Assembly (NCBI GenBank): GCA_963737905.1 | Contig: CAVTUQ010000026.1 | Coordinates: 224,001-288,000, forward strand | Source of the DNA: an uncultured delta proteobacterium | GTDB lineage: Bacteria; Desulfobacterota; Binatia; UBA9968 | Direction of reading: 5' to 3' | DNA length: 64,000 nt | Part shown: positions 30,179 through 39,741 of the stretch, one piece after another | How the letters are laid out: every line of letters starts with the position of its first letter | Position numbering within the stretch: the first letter of the stretch is position 1 | Notes under the pieces: model-generated | What the model saw: the letters and a program-made list of their open reading frames with translations, nothing else | Told to the model about the DNA's origin: nothing | The model's database searches: none | Made by a program: the position numbers and the translations under genes

Positions 30179-31504
30179 TCACATTTCCCGTTGTAACATT
30201 TGGGCTTCCATATTGTCGCCCTTCGAAGTCACCCGCCACATTTTTCCACCGCTGTCGTCGGCCACGAGCAATGAGCCGTCCGGCAATTCCGTCACGCCCA
30301 CCGGTCGGCCGTAGGCTTCGAATTTGCCTTCGTCAGCGATGAATCCTGTGAGGATATCTTCCATAGGGCCGGCCGGCTTTCCGTTTTCAAAGGGGACGAA
30401 CGCGACTTTGAACCCCACCATCTTCGAGCGGTTCCACGAACCGTGCATGCCGATAAAGGCGCCACCCTGGTAGCGCCGGGGAAAAGCTTTGCCGCGATAG
30501 AAAGCGAGCCCCAAGGCGGCGACGTGGGAGCCCACCGCATAGTCGGGTTTGATCGCTTTGGCTACGAGATCGGGCCGCTGGCCTTTTTTGCGCGGATCTT
30601 CATTCTGGCCAAAGTAAGAGAAAGGCCAGCCATAGAAGGCGCCTTCTTTGACGCTGGTCAAATAATCGGGGACCAGATTGTCGCCCAAGAGATCGCGCTC
30701 GTTGACGACCGTCCATAAAACATTCGTTTGCGGTTCCCAATCCATTCCAACTGGATTGCGCAGTCCCATGGCGAAGATCCGCATGCCGCTGCCGTCGGGA
30801 TTGATTTCCAGAATCCCGGCGCGGCGTTGATCCTTTTCCCAACCATTTTCCTCATCGACATTGGATGCCGAGCCCACCGCGATATAGATTTTCCGGCCGG
30901 TGCGATCGGCGATAAGGTTGCGCGTGTAGTGCCCGCCGGCGGGGAGGGCGAGAATTTTCTCTCCCTTGCCCTCGATTTTCGTTTGGCCCGTGCGGTAGGG
31001 GTAGCGTACGACTCCATCGGTGTTCGCCACGTAGAACCAGTTGCCCACGAGCACCATGCCGTGGGGCATATTGAGGCCGGTCAAGAAAACTTCACGTACA
31101 TCGGGTTTGCCGTCCTTGTTGGTATCTCTGAACAAAGTGATTCGATTCGCCGACTTCTCCGGTCGATCGGCCCGGCCGGGCCACTCGCGAGTGGCCTCAA
31201 CCACTAAGATGTCTCCGTTGGGCAAGACGTACGCCTGACGTGGATTGTCGAGATTTTCAGCGAAGAGGCTCACCTCGAAGCCGGGCGCGGCCGTCGGCAT
31301 TTTGCCTTTGGGCCAGCCGATTACCTTGGAGGTATTGCGCGCCGACGGTGTGGCGAAAGGAACGGGCAGTTGAAGTGTGTCAGAGGGACCCGTGCCCGTC
31401 GCGTATTGGCGGTTGGCAACACCGGTTTGGGTCGTGACTGCGCAGGACAAGAGGAATACCGCGGCGATTACCTGACTCATCTGAAATAGATGACGAAGTA
31501 ACAT
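30179..31504 (-). CDS. Sorbosone dehydrogenase family (PQQ-dependent beta-propeller) protein
   Basis: 'GLRNPVG', 'VNERDLLGDNLVPDY', 'YGWP', 'HGSWNR', 'GRPVGV'. Confidence 0.9.
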   Translation of the reverse strand: MLLRHLFQMSQVIAAVFLLSCAVTTQTGVANRQYATGTGPSDTLQLPVPFATPSARNTSKVIGWPKGKMPTAAPGFEVSLFAENLDNPRQAYVLPNGDILVVEATREWPGRADRPEKSANRITLFRDTNKDGKPDVREVFLTGLNMPHGMVLVGNWFYVANTDGVVRYPYRTGQTKIEGKGEKILALPAGGHYTRNLIADRTGRKIYIAVGSASNVDEENGWEKDQRRAGILEINPDGSGMRIFAMGLRNPVGMDWEPQTNVLWTVVNERDLLGDNLVPDYLTSVKEGAFYGWPFSYFGQNEDPRKKGQRPDLVAKAIKPDYAVGSHVAALGLAFYRGKAFPRRYQGGAFIGMHGSWNRSKMVGFKVAFVPFENGKPAGPMEDILTGFIADEGKFEAYGRPVGVTELPDGSLLVADDSGGKMWRVTSKGDNMEAQMLQREM

Positions 31505-31625
31505 AGTGTCGCCCTCCTTTTATCGATTCTATTCGATCACGCTGGTTGGGATAACGGGCACTATATAATAACCATCAACTATCAGAAAGCCAGTTGTATA
31601 GGCCCCCGGTCCGTTCTAAGATCGC

Positions 31626-31759
31626 CACGCTGCTGAAAAAGACGTTTCGAATGATTGAGGATCGAAGATGGAGGATAGAAGATGGCGATCATCGATCCTC
31701 TATTCTCAATCCTCCATTGTTGCGGATGAAACCGCCTCTGAGTCTTTTTGAGCGGCCTG
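31626..31759. mobile_element. MITE-like element with 18-bp imperfect terminal inverted repeats and an internal heptamer hairpin
   Basis: CACGCTGCTGAAAAAGAC vs reverse complement CAGGCCGCTCAAAAAGAC (15/18 identical); inside, GAGGATC/GAAGATG/GAGGATA repeats and their complements. Confidence 0.5.
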
Positions 31760-31796
31760 CAATTCGAATTTTCAGACACTTTTGGAGGAGGTGGGA

Positions 31797-33218
31797 ATGC
31801 TCTATCGCGACTTGCGTGGTTGGCTTGATGGGGTCGAATCATTCGGCGAACTCAGGATGGTGGAGGGCGCCGACTGGAATCAAGAGATCGGTGCTGTTGC
31901 TGAAGTCGCGGCACGCTCGGAGCCGCCACCGGCAGTGCTGTTCGACAAAATCAAAGATTATCCCGCTGGCCGGCGTGTCTTGACCGGCATTCACAATCCC
32001 ACCCTCAAGCGCCAGTGCCTCACCAATCACCTGCCGCTTGATTACACACGCGATCAATTCATCGACGCATGGAAAAAACGGCTCAACCATCCAGTTTTTC
32101 TGCCGCCGCGCGTCGTCCCGTCGGGCCCGGTGATGGAAAACGTTTTCGAAGGAAAAGAGATCGATCTGCTGTCACTGCCGGTTCCTTTCTGGCACGAAGG
32201 CGATGGCGGCAGATATATCGGCACTCTCGATGTCACAATCAGCCGCGATCCGGAGGAAGGCTGGGTGAACTTGGGCTGCTATCGTGTGATGGTGCACGAC
32301 CGCGACACGTTGGCGCTTTACATCTCGCCGGGACATCATGGCAACATTCACCGGCAGAAATACTTCGATCAGGGAAAGCCGTTTCCGGTCGCGATCAGCT
32401 TCGGTCCCGATCCGTTGCTTTGGTACTTCGGCCAGATGGATGTGCCACCAGGGGAGTCAGAATACGACTATGCCGGTGGGGTTCGCGGCGAGCCTTACGA
32501 AGTCATCATAGGAGAACATACAAAACTGCCGCTACCCGCGTATTCCGAAATCGCGGTGGAAGGCGAGGTCCTACCCGGAACGAAAATTCCGGAAGGACCT
32601 TTCGGCGAGTTTACCGGCTATTACGCCGGTGGTCTCCGTTCCGAGCCGATCCTGAAGGTAAAGCGCCTCATGTATCGCAACAATCCGATTATCACCGGCG
32701 CACCGCCCTATCGCCCGGCCCCCGGAGCGGAAAACAATCTGATTCGTGCGGCCTACATATGGGATTACCTGGACAAGGCGGGTGTCCCGGATGTGAAAGG
32801 AGTCGCGTATTATCAAACCCGCTTGTTGGTCGTTGTGGCAATCAAGCAGCGCTATCCCGGTCATGCGAAACAGGCCGTGGCGATCGCGTCGCAGTGCCGC
32901 GCGGCTGCGCTTTTGACCCGTTACGTGGTCGTCGTCGACGACGACATCGACATCTGGGACAGTAACGAGCTGCTCTGGGCGCTTTGCACGAGAACCGATC
33001 CGGTGAAGGATATCGATATTTTGCGCCGTTGCTGGAGCAATCCCATCGACCCGATCATCCCGCCGAGCGAGCGTGGGTTTCAATCTCGCGGGCTGATCGA
33101 CGCATGCCGCCCCTATGAATGGATGAACGAATTTCCCGCGGTGTCCGGGGCGAGCGCGGAGCTGAAGGAGAAAGTTATCAAGAAGTTCGGTGCGAGCCTG
33201 GCGGGGAAAAGAACCTAG
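31797..33218 (+). CDS. UbiD family (prFMN-dependent) decarboxylase
   Basis: 'DGGRYIGT', 'NLGCYRVM', 'EGPFGEFTGYY', 'VVVDDDID'; GGAGG RBS before ATG 31797. Confidence 0.93.
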   Translation: MLYRDLRGWLDGVESFGELRMVEGADWNQEIGAVAEVAARSEPPPAVLFDKIKDYPAGRRVLTGIHNPTLKRQCLTNHLPLDYTRDQFIDAWKKRLNHPVFLPPRVVPSGPVMENVFEGKEIDLLSLPVPFWHEGDGGRYIGTLDVTISRDPEEGWVNLGCYRVMVHDRDTLALYISPGHHGNIHRQKYFDQGKPFPVAISFGPDPLLWYFGQMDVPPGESEYDYAGGVRGEPYEVIIGEHTKLPLPAYSEIAVEGEVLPGTKIPEGPFGEFTGYYAGGLRSEPILKVKRLMYRNNPIITGAPPYRPAPGAENNLIRAAYIWDYLDKAGVPDVKGVAYYQTRLLVVVAIKQRYPGHAKQAVAIASQCRAAALLTRYVVVVDDDIDIWDSNELLWALCTRTDPVKDIDILRRCWSNPIDPIIPPSERGFQSRGLIDACRPYEWMNEFPAVSGASAELKEKVIKKFGASLAGKRT

Positions 33219-33439
33219 CAGCGCGGAACCGTAACCAAAACTCGGAATATCTCGCGCAATGGCGCAAAGTATGTCCTGAGCGCAGTCGCAGGGGCCGCAA
33301 AGAAATTAGACTTCCGGACTTGGCGTTCTTGGCGCCTTGGCGCGAGCAAATCCCTGTTTTGGATAGTCACTGGCCACCGGAAAATTTTGACATATAACAG
33401 TGCAGAGAGAGAACAAAGGAGCAGAGGAGTGAAAGAAAA

Positions 33440-34390
33440 ATGAAATCATGGCGACTAGTGGCGGTTGCGCTGGCGATGCTGATTATCGGTCTTCGCGCGT
33501 TCGTAAGCGCGCAGGAACTGAAGAAGCCACTGGAAAGAGTCCGGCTCACGGTGCCGGCCAAATCATTGACCTTTGTCCCTTACTATTTCGGCAAGTCACA
33601 GAGGCTTTATGAGAAAGAAGGGATCGATCTGGAGCTCATCGTCATGCGGCCGCCGATCGGCGTCACTGCCTTACAGGCAGGAGAGGTCGATTATTCTGCT
33701 GCCGGCGGTCTCTCGGTTCGCGCGGCGATGAAAGGGCTCCCTCTCAGAACGATCATGTTCATTCAGACCCGGCTAAGCTTCAGCCTTATCGGCCAGCCGG
33801 GAATGGTACCTGCACGAATAAAAAACGTCGCCGTCAGCGGCATCGGATCTTTGGCGCACTACGCCGCCATCACCGTAATGAAAAGATTGGGTAATGAAAA
33901 AGTCGCCTATATTTCGACCAATACCACGGGCAACAGTTACACCGCCTTATTGGGCAAAGCCGCGGATGCTGTGATACTCACTCCGCCGTACACGTCCATG
34001 GCGACCCTGGCGGGCTATCCCGATCTGGGAAACACCTTCGACGTGCGTGACCTGCAGGGCGGTTTGGTTGCGAGGACGACTTACATTCAAGATCACCGCG
34101 ATCAAGTAAAATCCATGATTCGGGCGACGCTTCGCAGTATGGATATCATCATGAAGAACGAAGCCGAGGTTATTTCCTACCTCCAAAAAGATTTTGGGCT
34201 GGAACCGAAAATCGCCGCCGACACTTATAAGATCCTCAAGCAAGTCGTAAATTCGGACGGCGACATCGAGGAGCCCGTCTTTAAATCTATCATCGATAAG
34301 ATCAGGCAAGAATCGGGGGTCGCCGCCGAAGTGCCTGCCGACCGGCTGGTCGATTTATCGATTTTGCGCGAGGTGCGGAGGGAAAAGTGA
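33440..34390 (+). CDS. ABC substrate-binding protein, NitT/TauT-like
   Basis: Signal peptide; 'YEKEGIDLELI', 'ALQAGEVDY'. Confidence 0.85.
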   Translation: MKSWRLVAVALAMLIIGLRAFVSAQELKKPLERVRLTVPAKSLTFVPYYFGKSQRLYEKEGIDLELIVMRPPIGVTALQAGEVDYSAAGGLSVRAAMKGLPLRTIMFIQTRLSFSLIGQPGMVPARIKNVAVSGIGSLAHYAAITVMKRLGNEKVAYISTNTTGNSYTALLGKAADAVILTPPYTSMATLAGYPDLGNTFDVRDLQGGLVARTTYIQDHRDQVKSMIRATLRSMDIIMKNEAEVISYLQKDFGLEPKIAADTYKILKQVVNSDGDIEEPVFKSIIDKIRQESGVAAEVPADRLVDLSILREVRREK

Positions 34391-34476
34391 ATATGCCCGG
34401 TGATGTCTTGCGGAGCACGCAGGAGGGCTAGTAGAATCCGGCAAGATCCAAATTTTATAGACGGGGAGGTTGCTCT

Positions 34477-34941
34477 ATGAAATCTCTATTGTGGCTGCTT
34501 GCGTTATTGCTGAGTCTCGGGCTGCTTCCGACGTGGACGCTGGCTGACTTGCCTGCACCCAAGTCGACCCCTGAGAATGCGAATATGGCTGCGGGCCGCA
34601 AGGCGATCGACGCGAAGGATTATAAGGCGGCTGTGGGCCATTTGACCAAAGCTGTCCAGGAAGATCCAAACAACGCCGACGCGCATACTATGCTCGGTTA
34701 CAGTTACCGTAAGCTCGGAACCTTTGACAAATCCATGGATCATTACCAGAGGGCGCTAAAGATAGATGCCAACAATCGAAGCGCGCATGAGTACCTGGGA
34801 GAGCTCTATCTTGATATGAATCAACCCGCCAATGCGGAAAAACAACTGACGGTTTTGAAAAAAGCGTGCCCGTTCTTCGGCAAGTGCGAAGAATACGACG
34901 ATTTGAAAGAAGCTATCGAAAAGTACAAGGCGAAGAAGTGA
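34477..34941 (+). CDS. Secreted TPR protein
   Basis: Signal peptide; 'DPNNADAHTMLGYSYRKLG', 'AHEYLGELYL', C-terminal CxxxxxCEEY. Confidence 0.85.
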   Translation: MKSLLWLLALLLSLGLLPTWTLADLPAPKSTPENANMAAGRKAIDAKDYKAAVGHLTKAVQEDPNNADAHTMLGYSYRKLGTFDKSMDHYQRALKIDANNRSAHEYLGELYLDMNQPANAEKQLTVLKKACPFFGKCEEYDDLKEAIEKYKAKK

Positions 34942-35026
34942 GCCTTTGAGAGAGAGTCGGTTTCAGGTTTCGGGTTTCAGTCTCGGAGTCTTCGAGACGC
35001 CAAGCGAATAGCAGAGGAGATTTTCC

Positions 35027-35756
35027 ATGGCAGAGGCGATAAAAGCCCGGATCGGGTTTGTAAGCGGCGGCAGCAGCGCGATGCCACACTACAATAGCTT
35101 TCTGCCGTTGATTCCAGAGGAGGTGAAGTTAGAGCACGAGGGATTGGAGCTTTATCGAGAGTCGCTCTACCAGATTGCGGACAAGAAGGATCATATCGTT
35201 CGCCGAGTCCAAGAGTGTGTGACGAACAAGCATTGGGATGGAGTCATTCTTACTGCGGCGCCGACCGAAGTCCTCAACCCGGGCTTGTACGACGCTCTGA
35301 AGGAGACGGTATCCGTCCCTTTTACAACGGCATTCCACGCATGCGTCGTCGCCCTGAGCATCTATGCGGCGAAGCGGGTTCTTTTGCTAACGCCCTTCGA
35401 TGAAAAACTGAATGAATTGATCTGCCGGCATCTCGTGGGCAAGGGGGTTACGGCCGTGGCCCCGCACCCGTTCAAGGAACTCGGCGTGCCTAAACGCATG
35501 ACACCTGACGAAGTGTTTGCGTTAACGAAGCAATGTCTGAATCCGGTGGACCCCGTCGACGCCATCTATTTTCAGGGCGCTGTTCTCGACCCGATCAAGG
35601 TCTTGGAGAAGATTGAAACAGAGCTCGGGTTGACGGTCATTGCCAGCAACCCCGCGATGCTGTGGTATGTACTGTCAAAACTAGGGCTCTGCCTATCCGA
35701 TGAGCGGCTATGGGAGGCTGCTGCGAGAGTGGCCGAAGCTGCAGGGCGGGTTTTAA
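35027..35756 (+). CDS. Asp/Glu racemase / arylmalonate decarboxylase-fold protein (copy 2); frameshift near 35691
   Basis: 'AIYFQGAVLDP', 'VIASNPAMLW'. The alternative frame after 35691 gives YPMSGYGRLLREWPKLQGGF*, matching the paralog's GYGKLLSSWP. Confidence 0.78.
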
Positions 35757-35769
35757 ACCCGCCCCTACA
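35741..35769. repeat. GTAG-type REP-like palindrome
   Basis: GGGCGGGTTT-T-AAACCCGCCC followed by CTAC. Confidence 0.55.
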
Positions 35770-35816
35770 GGATTCCCGTTTTTTACAGAAATGACCTCTT
35801 GGTGCCGATAGTTTCA

Positions 35817-36638
35817 TCACCCCAAAGTCCGCGCCAGCCATTCAATTACACTCTTTGCAACTTGTTCTTCCGCCCCAACGTAAAAATGATCGCAGTTCGG
35901 AATGATGGCGATCTCGCAGGGACTGGAGCAATTCTCTTTAAACTTCTCGGCCGGGTAGTTCTCCATCGGCTCTTGATCTCCGCGGATAAACAGAACTGGG
36001 CAGCGGATGCGCTTGGCGCTTTCTACGAGGTCCGGTGCGTTAGTCAGTCGATCTAAGAATGTCCGTGCCGAGATCACCCACCACCAAGTTGGAATGAGCA
36101 TCAGCTGCCGCGGTTTGCCGGCTGCAACTAAAGCTTGCGCTTCCTTGGTCTGTTCGTCGGTTTTCTCGTTAATGGTGAAACTCCGCGCCGATCGCGGATT
36201 TGTCAGACGGTTGCCGCCGGCGTGAGCAGATAGCAGGATCAAGGCCGGCGTCTCCGGGTGGCGCGCAACGTGCTCGCTCGCCAAGACACCACCGTTGCTA
36301 TGGCCGATGACAATGGGATTTTTGAATCCCTGGTCGGCTAAAAATTGTCCGGCTAGCTCATTGTCTTCGATACCTTCCGCCACCGTTTGGTAGGCGCCGC
36401 CGACGGGCTCGCGGCTATTATAGGTACTCACGGAATCGTGGCCGCGCCGATTGAAAGGCAGAAAAGCGTAGCCGAGAGAGGTAACATAGGGCGCAAGAAA
36501 ACGCGCCGCGCAAACGTAGAAGTTCATTTGGTTGCCGTGGAAGTACATGGCCGCGCCTTTGATGGGACCCTCCGGTCTGTAGTAGGCCCCATCTAGGGGA
36601 TGGGTTGGCGTCGGAATGCTGATGAGTTCCGTGCGCAT
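35817..36638 (-). CDS. Alpha/beta hydrolase
   Basis: GHSNG nucleophile elbow; 'CDHFY' catalytic His. Confidence 0.85.
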   Translation of the reverse strand: MRTELISIPTPTHPLDGAYYRPEGPIKGAAMYFHGNQMNFYVCAARFLAPYVTSLGYAFLPFNRRGHDSVSTYNSREPVGGAYQTVAEGIEDNELAGQFLADQGFKNPIVIGHSNGGVLASEHVARHPETPALILLSAHAGGNRLTNPRSARSFTINEKTDEQTKEAQALVAAGKPRQLMLIPTWWWVISARTFLDRLTNAPDLVESAKRIRCPVLFIRGDQEPMENYPAEKFKENCSSPCEIAIIPNCDHFYVGAEEQVAKSVIEWLARTLG

Positions 36639-36746
36639 GTAAGGCTCCTTCTCGTGGTTTCTGGCCCAAGGTTAGCTCTAACTTAACGTTGAATACAAAG
36701 AGCCTGGAGCGTGGCTGTCCAGCCGTGCTCGCAAATCCAAATCAAA

Positions 36747-36775
36747 TTGACATAGATTATCTTATCCAATACGCT
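36747..36775 (+). promoter_or_regulatory. Sigma-70-type promoter
   Basis: TTGACA-N17-TACGCT upstream of 36876. Confidence 0.5.
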
Positions 36776-36875
36776 CTGCCCCGAAGCGGTCAGTTGGCGC
36801 AAGGTTTCTTGTTAGGACTCGCTGTTCAATTTATTGGGAGGGGCGTCCGTGCCAGCTTGGAGGGATTAGATCGGG

Positions 36876-37280
36876 ATGCGGGTCGTCGGAATTGTCGTCG
36901 GCATATTGATTATCGTCGCCGGCTACTTCTGGGTGGTGCTCAAGTGGAACTACTCCACCGGTGAGCGTGCCGGCTGGGTGCAGAAGTTCTCGAAGAAGGG
37001 CTGGTTCTGTAAAACCTGGGAAGGCGAGATGGCGATGGTCTCGATGCCGGGCGCAGTGCCGGAGAAGTTTTACTTCACCGTTTGGGACGACGGGGTGGCC
37101 GGTGAGCTAAACAAGGTCATGGGGAAGCGTGTCTCTCTTCACTATGAAGAAAAGGTCGGCTTGCCCACCTCGTGTTTCGGCGAGACGCGCCACTATGTGA
37201 CCCGTGTGACCGGGGTGGAAGAGATTCCGCTCGCTCCCGGTATCGTCGTGCCGACACCGGCACCGTCAGCCGCGCCGTAA
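36876..37280 (+). CDS. Conserved membrane-anchored hypothetical protein
   Basis: N-terminal TM; 'YSTGERAGWVQKFSKKGWFCKTWEG', 'LHYEE...CFGET'. Confidence 0.75.
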   Translation: MRVVGIVVGILIIVAGYFWVVLKWNYSTGERAGWVQKFSKKGWFCKTWEGEMAMVSMPGAVPEKFYFTVWDDGVAGELNKVMGKRVSLHYEEKVGLPTSCFGETRHYVTRVTGVEEIPLAPGIVVPTPAPSAAP

Positions 37281-37481
37281 TCGCCGTAATCTTTTTTAGA
37301 TCCGACAAGGAGTGATTTTTCAATTCTCCCAGCTTGCGCGGTCGATGACAGGGCCGAGATTTGTGTAACCGGACTGCGACTGATTGCCAACGAAGGACAT
37401 CTAATCGGTGATAAGTTGCAATAGTATGTCCGCGGTCTAAATGTAAGGTAGTTTAGTCGCTTCGTAATCTGCGGAAATCAT

Positions 37482-38693
37482 ATGCTAGAAAGCGGAATAT
37501 CTAAGCCCGAAGAAGTGAGCAAGCAGATTGCCAGAGAAGAGATTCTTGCCCGGTTGAGTGATCCGTCTCTTTTGCTAGTGAACGTGATGCCGAAAGAAGC
37601 ATTTGAGGAGGGTCACATACCGCGTTCGCTTAATTTGCCGCTGGCGGAGATCGAGACAAAGGCACGCCAGGTTTTTCCGGAGATCGGCCGGGAACTACTA
37701 ATCTATTGCGGTGGTCCAACCTGACCCCTGGGCCAGCAGGCGGTCGGCCTGCTTTTAGGTATAGGCTATAAAAATATCCGGCACTATGTCGGGGGCATGG
37801 CCGATTGGGTGGAGAAGGGCGGGCCGGTAGAAAAGATGGATTTGCCCGTGACGAGCCTCTCGCCCAGGCAATTCAGAAGAGGGGAGACTTCGAAAACTTG
37901 GTCCTGGTCGCGATGGCTCGACATGCTCGCCAATTGGCCGTTGGACCGTTTGGTTTTTTTCTGGCTGGGGATGATCCTTGCTTTTGGCTTCATTTATTGG
38001 GGCGCCGGCATAGGTATGGGGTGGGGACTGCAAGCCGGCAACACCTCCGTCAAGCCTGATTTCGGCGGTCTCGTCACTTCCATCTATTTCAGTTTTGTGA
38101 CGGCGTTGTCCATCGGCTACGGCGATGTGATTCCGGTAGGACCTTTGAGAATTCTTGCTATCGTCGAAGGGGCTACGGGTCTCTTGATCTTCGGCTGTCT
38201 GGTTTCAAAGCTCGTGTCTCGACGGCAAGAAGAGCTGACGGAGGAAATTCATCGCACGACATTCGAGGATCGATTGGATCGGGTGCGTACCAACCTGCAT
38301 CTGGTGTTTTCAGATCTGGGCGCTGTGCTACAACTGCAGATGGAGCAAGGCGCGTTGCCCGGGCAAGTTCTGCGGCGGCTTGAAAGTACAGTGCGGGTTT
38401 TTCGTGGGGAAATGCAGACGATTCATGATTTGCTGTACCGCGCTCAGGTCCTGCCTGACGAGGAAGCGCTAGAGTCGCTGCTGGCGAACCTGGCGATCTG
38501 TCTTCAGAGCGTTATCGACCTGCAAACTGCGCAACTAAACGGACAGCAGCGATCCCAGCCGCTTGACGCCGGGTTGCACGCCATCAGCAATCTCGCCAAC
38601 GAAATCTGCGGTGAATGCGTGCCACGCACCTATGCGCCCGCCATGAAACAGTGGATGGATCAAATTCAAGAACTCGCTCGCAAGATCGCGTGA
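37482..38693 (+). CDS. Rhodanese(Sec)-potassium channel fusion, predicted selenoprotein (403 aa, Sec81)
   Basis: ORFs 37482-37724 and 37797-38693 are in the same frame, separated only by TGA 37722-24. Read-through completes the rhodanese domain (GHIP...YCGGPT-U-PLG...GYKNIRHYVGGMADW...PVE), then TM1, pore helix, SIGYGD filter, TM2 and a helical C-domain with CGEC. Confidence 0.85.
37725..37760 (+). promoter_or_regulatory. Bacterial SECIS-like hairpin
   Basis: AGCAGGC-GGTCG-GCCTGCT perfect 7-bp stem (37735-37753) with lower stem CCTG/TAGG; the G-led loop starts 18 nt after the TGA. Confidence 0.78.
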
Positions 38694-38714
38694 TTCAGCC
38701 AAGCTCGAAAGCCC

Positions 38715-39728
38715 TCAATTGCAGCGGCCTTCCTTTACCAGCTCTTCCACCAGGGTCGCATCGACCAGCTCTTGCGCTTTCATCCCGCGCGCGGCGGGCA
38801 GGGTTGATGCAACCATCTCGATTCCGAGCTCGACTCCCTCAATCTTAGGGTAGGGCCGCGCCGGTATCACCTCGGTGGTATAGAGGCGGTAAAGATATTC
38901 CAAAGCCGCTGGATCGCGTCCCCGTTCCGATTTCGTCATGATCTCCAGCGCCTTCAGCCGGTTCTGTTTCGCGCCAACAATGCCTTCGCAGATACCGCTC
39001 ATAAAACTTTTCGCCTCTGGCCTGCGCGTTTTGAGGAAAGCCACGGTCATGGCGTAATCGGCGCCACCTCCGGCGTAGATATTGAGTCGTTTATGGTCGG
39101 CGAGGATGCGAAAATTTTTGATCTGCCCGGTTTTCTCCAGGTCGTACATGGCTTCTGCGGTAACCAAAGTGCCGGACAGTTGACCCGAAGTCAGAGCGGT
39201 GGCGCGATCGGCGCTCCGAGCATCGTGGGAATGGACCAAAGTCACGTCCCGGTCGGGATCAAGTCCGAGTTTTCTCAAGGCCAGCCGCGTCAATCGATCG
39301 GGCGTGCTGCCCGGTTCACCGGTGCCCACTTTCTTACCCCTAAGATCCTCCGTTCGCGTGATCGCGGAGTCGACGAGCAGGACCGAGTAGTTATAGCCCG
39401 AGTTTGCGACGAGGGTCAGAGCCGGTCCGCCGGTGGCGTTGTTCTGGATGACGTGATTGGAACTCACAACGAAGATATCTCCGCCGCCGTTTTTCATCGC
39501 CGCGAGGAGCTTCTCGTTTGAGCCCGGATTCGTCCACGAAAGCTTCAGGCCGTTTCTTTCAAAAATGCCGGTGTCGCGAGCGAGATATAAGGGCAGTTTG
39601 CTGATGTTCCAGGGAGGATAATAGATGACCTTAACCGTGTCGGTTTGTGCGAAGGACGACGGGCAGCCCATCAGCAAGGGGATAAGCGTGACAATAAACC
39701 GGAGTCGGTTGGGTTTGCGGCTGCCCAT
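38715..39728 (-). CDS. ABC substrate-binding protein, NitT/TauT-like
   Basis: 'GIFERNGL', 'DLRGKKVG..PGS', 'LGLDPDRDV'. Confidence 0.85.
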   Translation of the reverse strand: MGSRKPNRLRFIVTLIPLLMGCPSSFAQTDTVKVIYYPPWNISKLPLYLARDTGIFERNGLKLSWTNPGSNEKLLAAMKNGGGDIFVVSSNHVIQNNATGGPALTLVANSGYNYSVLLVDSAITRTEDLRGKKVGTGEPGSTPDRLTRLALRKLGLDPDRDVTLVHSHDARSADRATALTSGQLSGTLVTAEAMYDLEKTGQIKNFRILADHKRLNIYAGGGADYAMTVAFLKTRRPEAKSFMSGICEGIVGAKQNRLKALEIMTKSERGRDPAALEYLYRLYTTEVIPARPYPKIEGVELGIEMVASTLPAARGMKAQELVDATLVEELVKEGRCN

Positions 39729-39741
39729 GGGGACGATCTCC

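Noticed and set aside
31594-31983. ORFs with 'IEDRRWRIEDG' or 'VQNVQIVQVVQ/LERFER' repeats
   Set aside because: These are translations of the intergenic heptamer/nonamer repeats, not real proteins.
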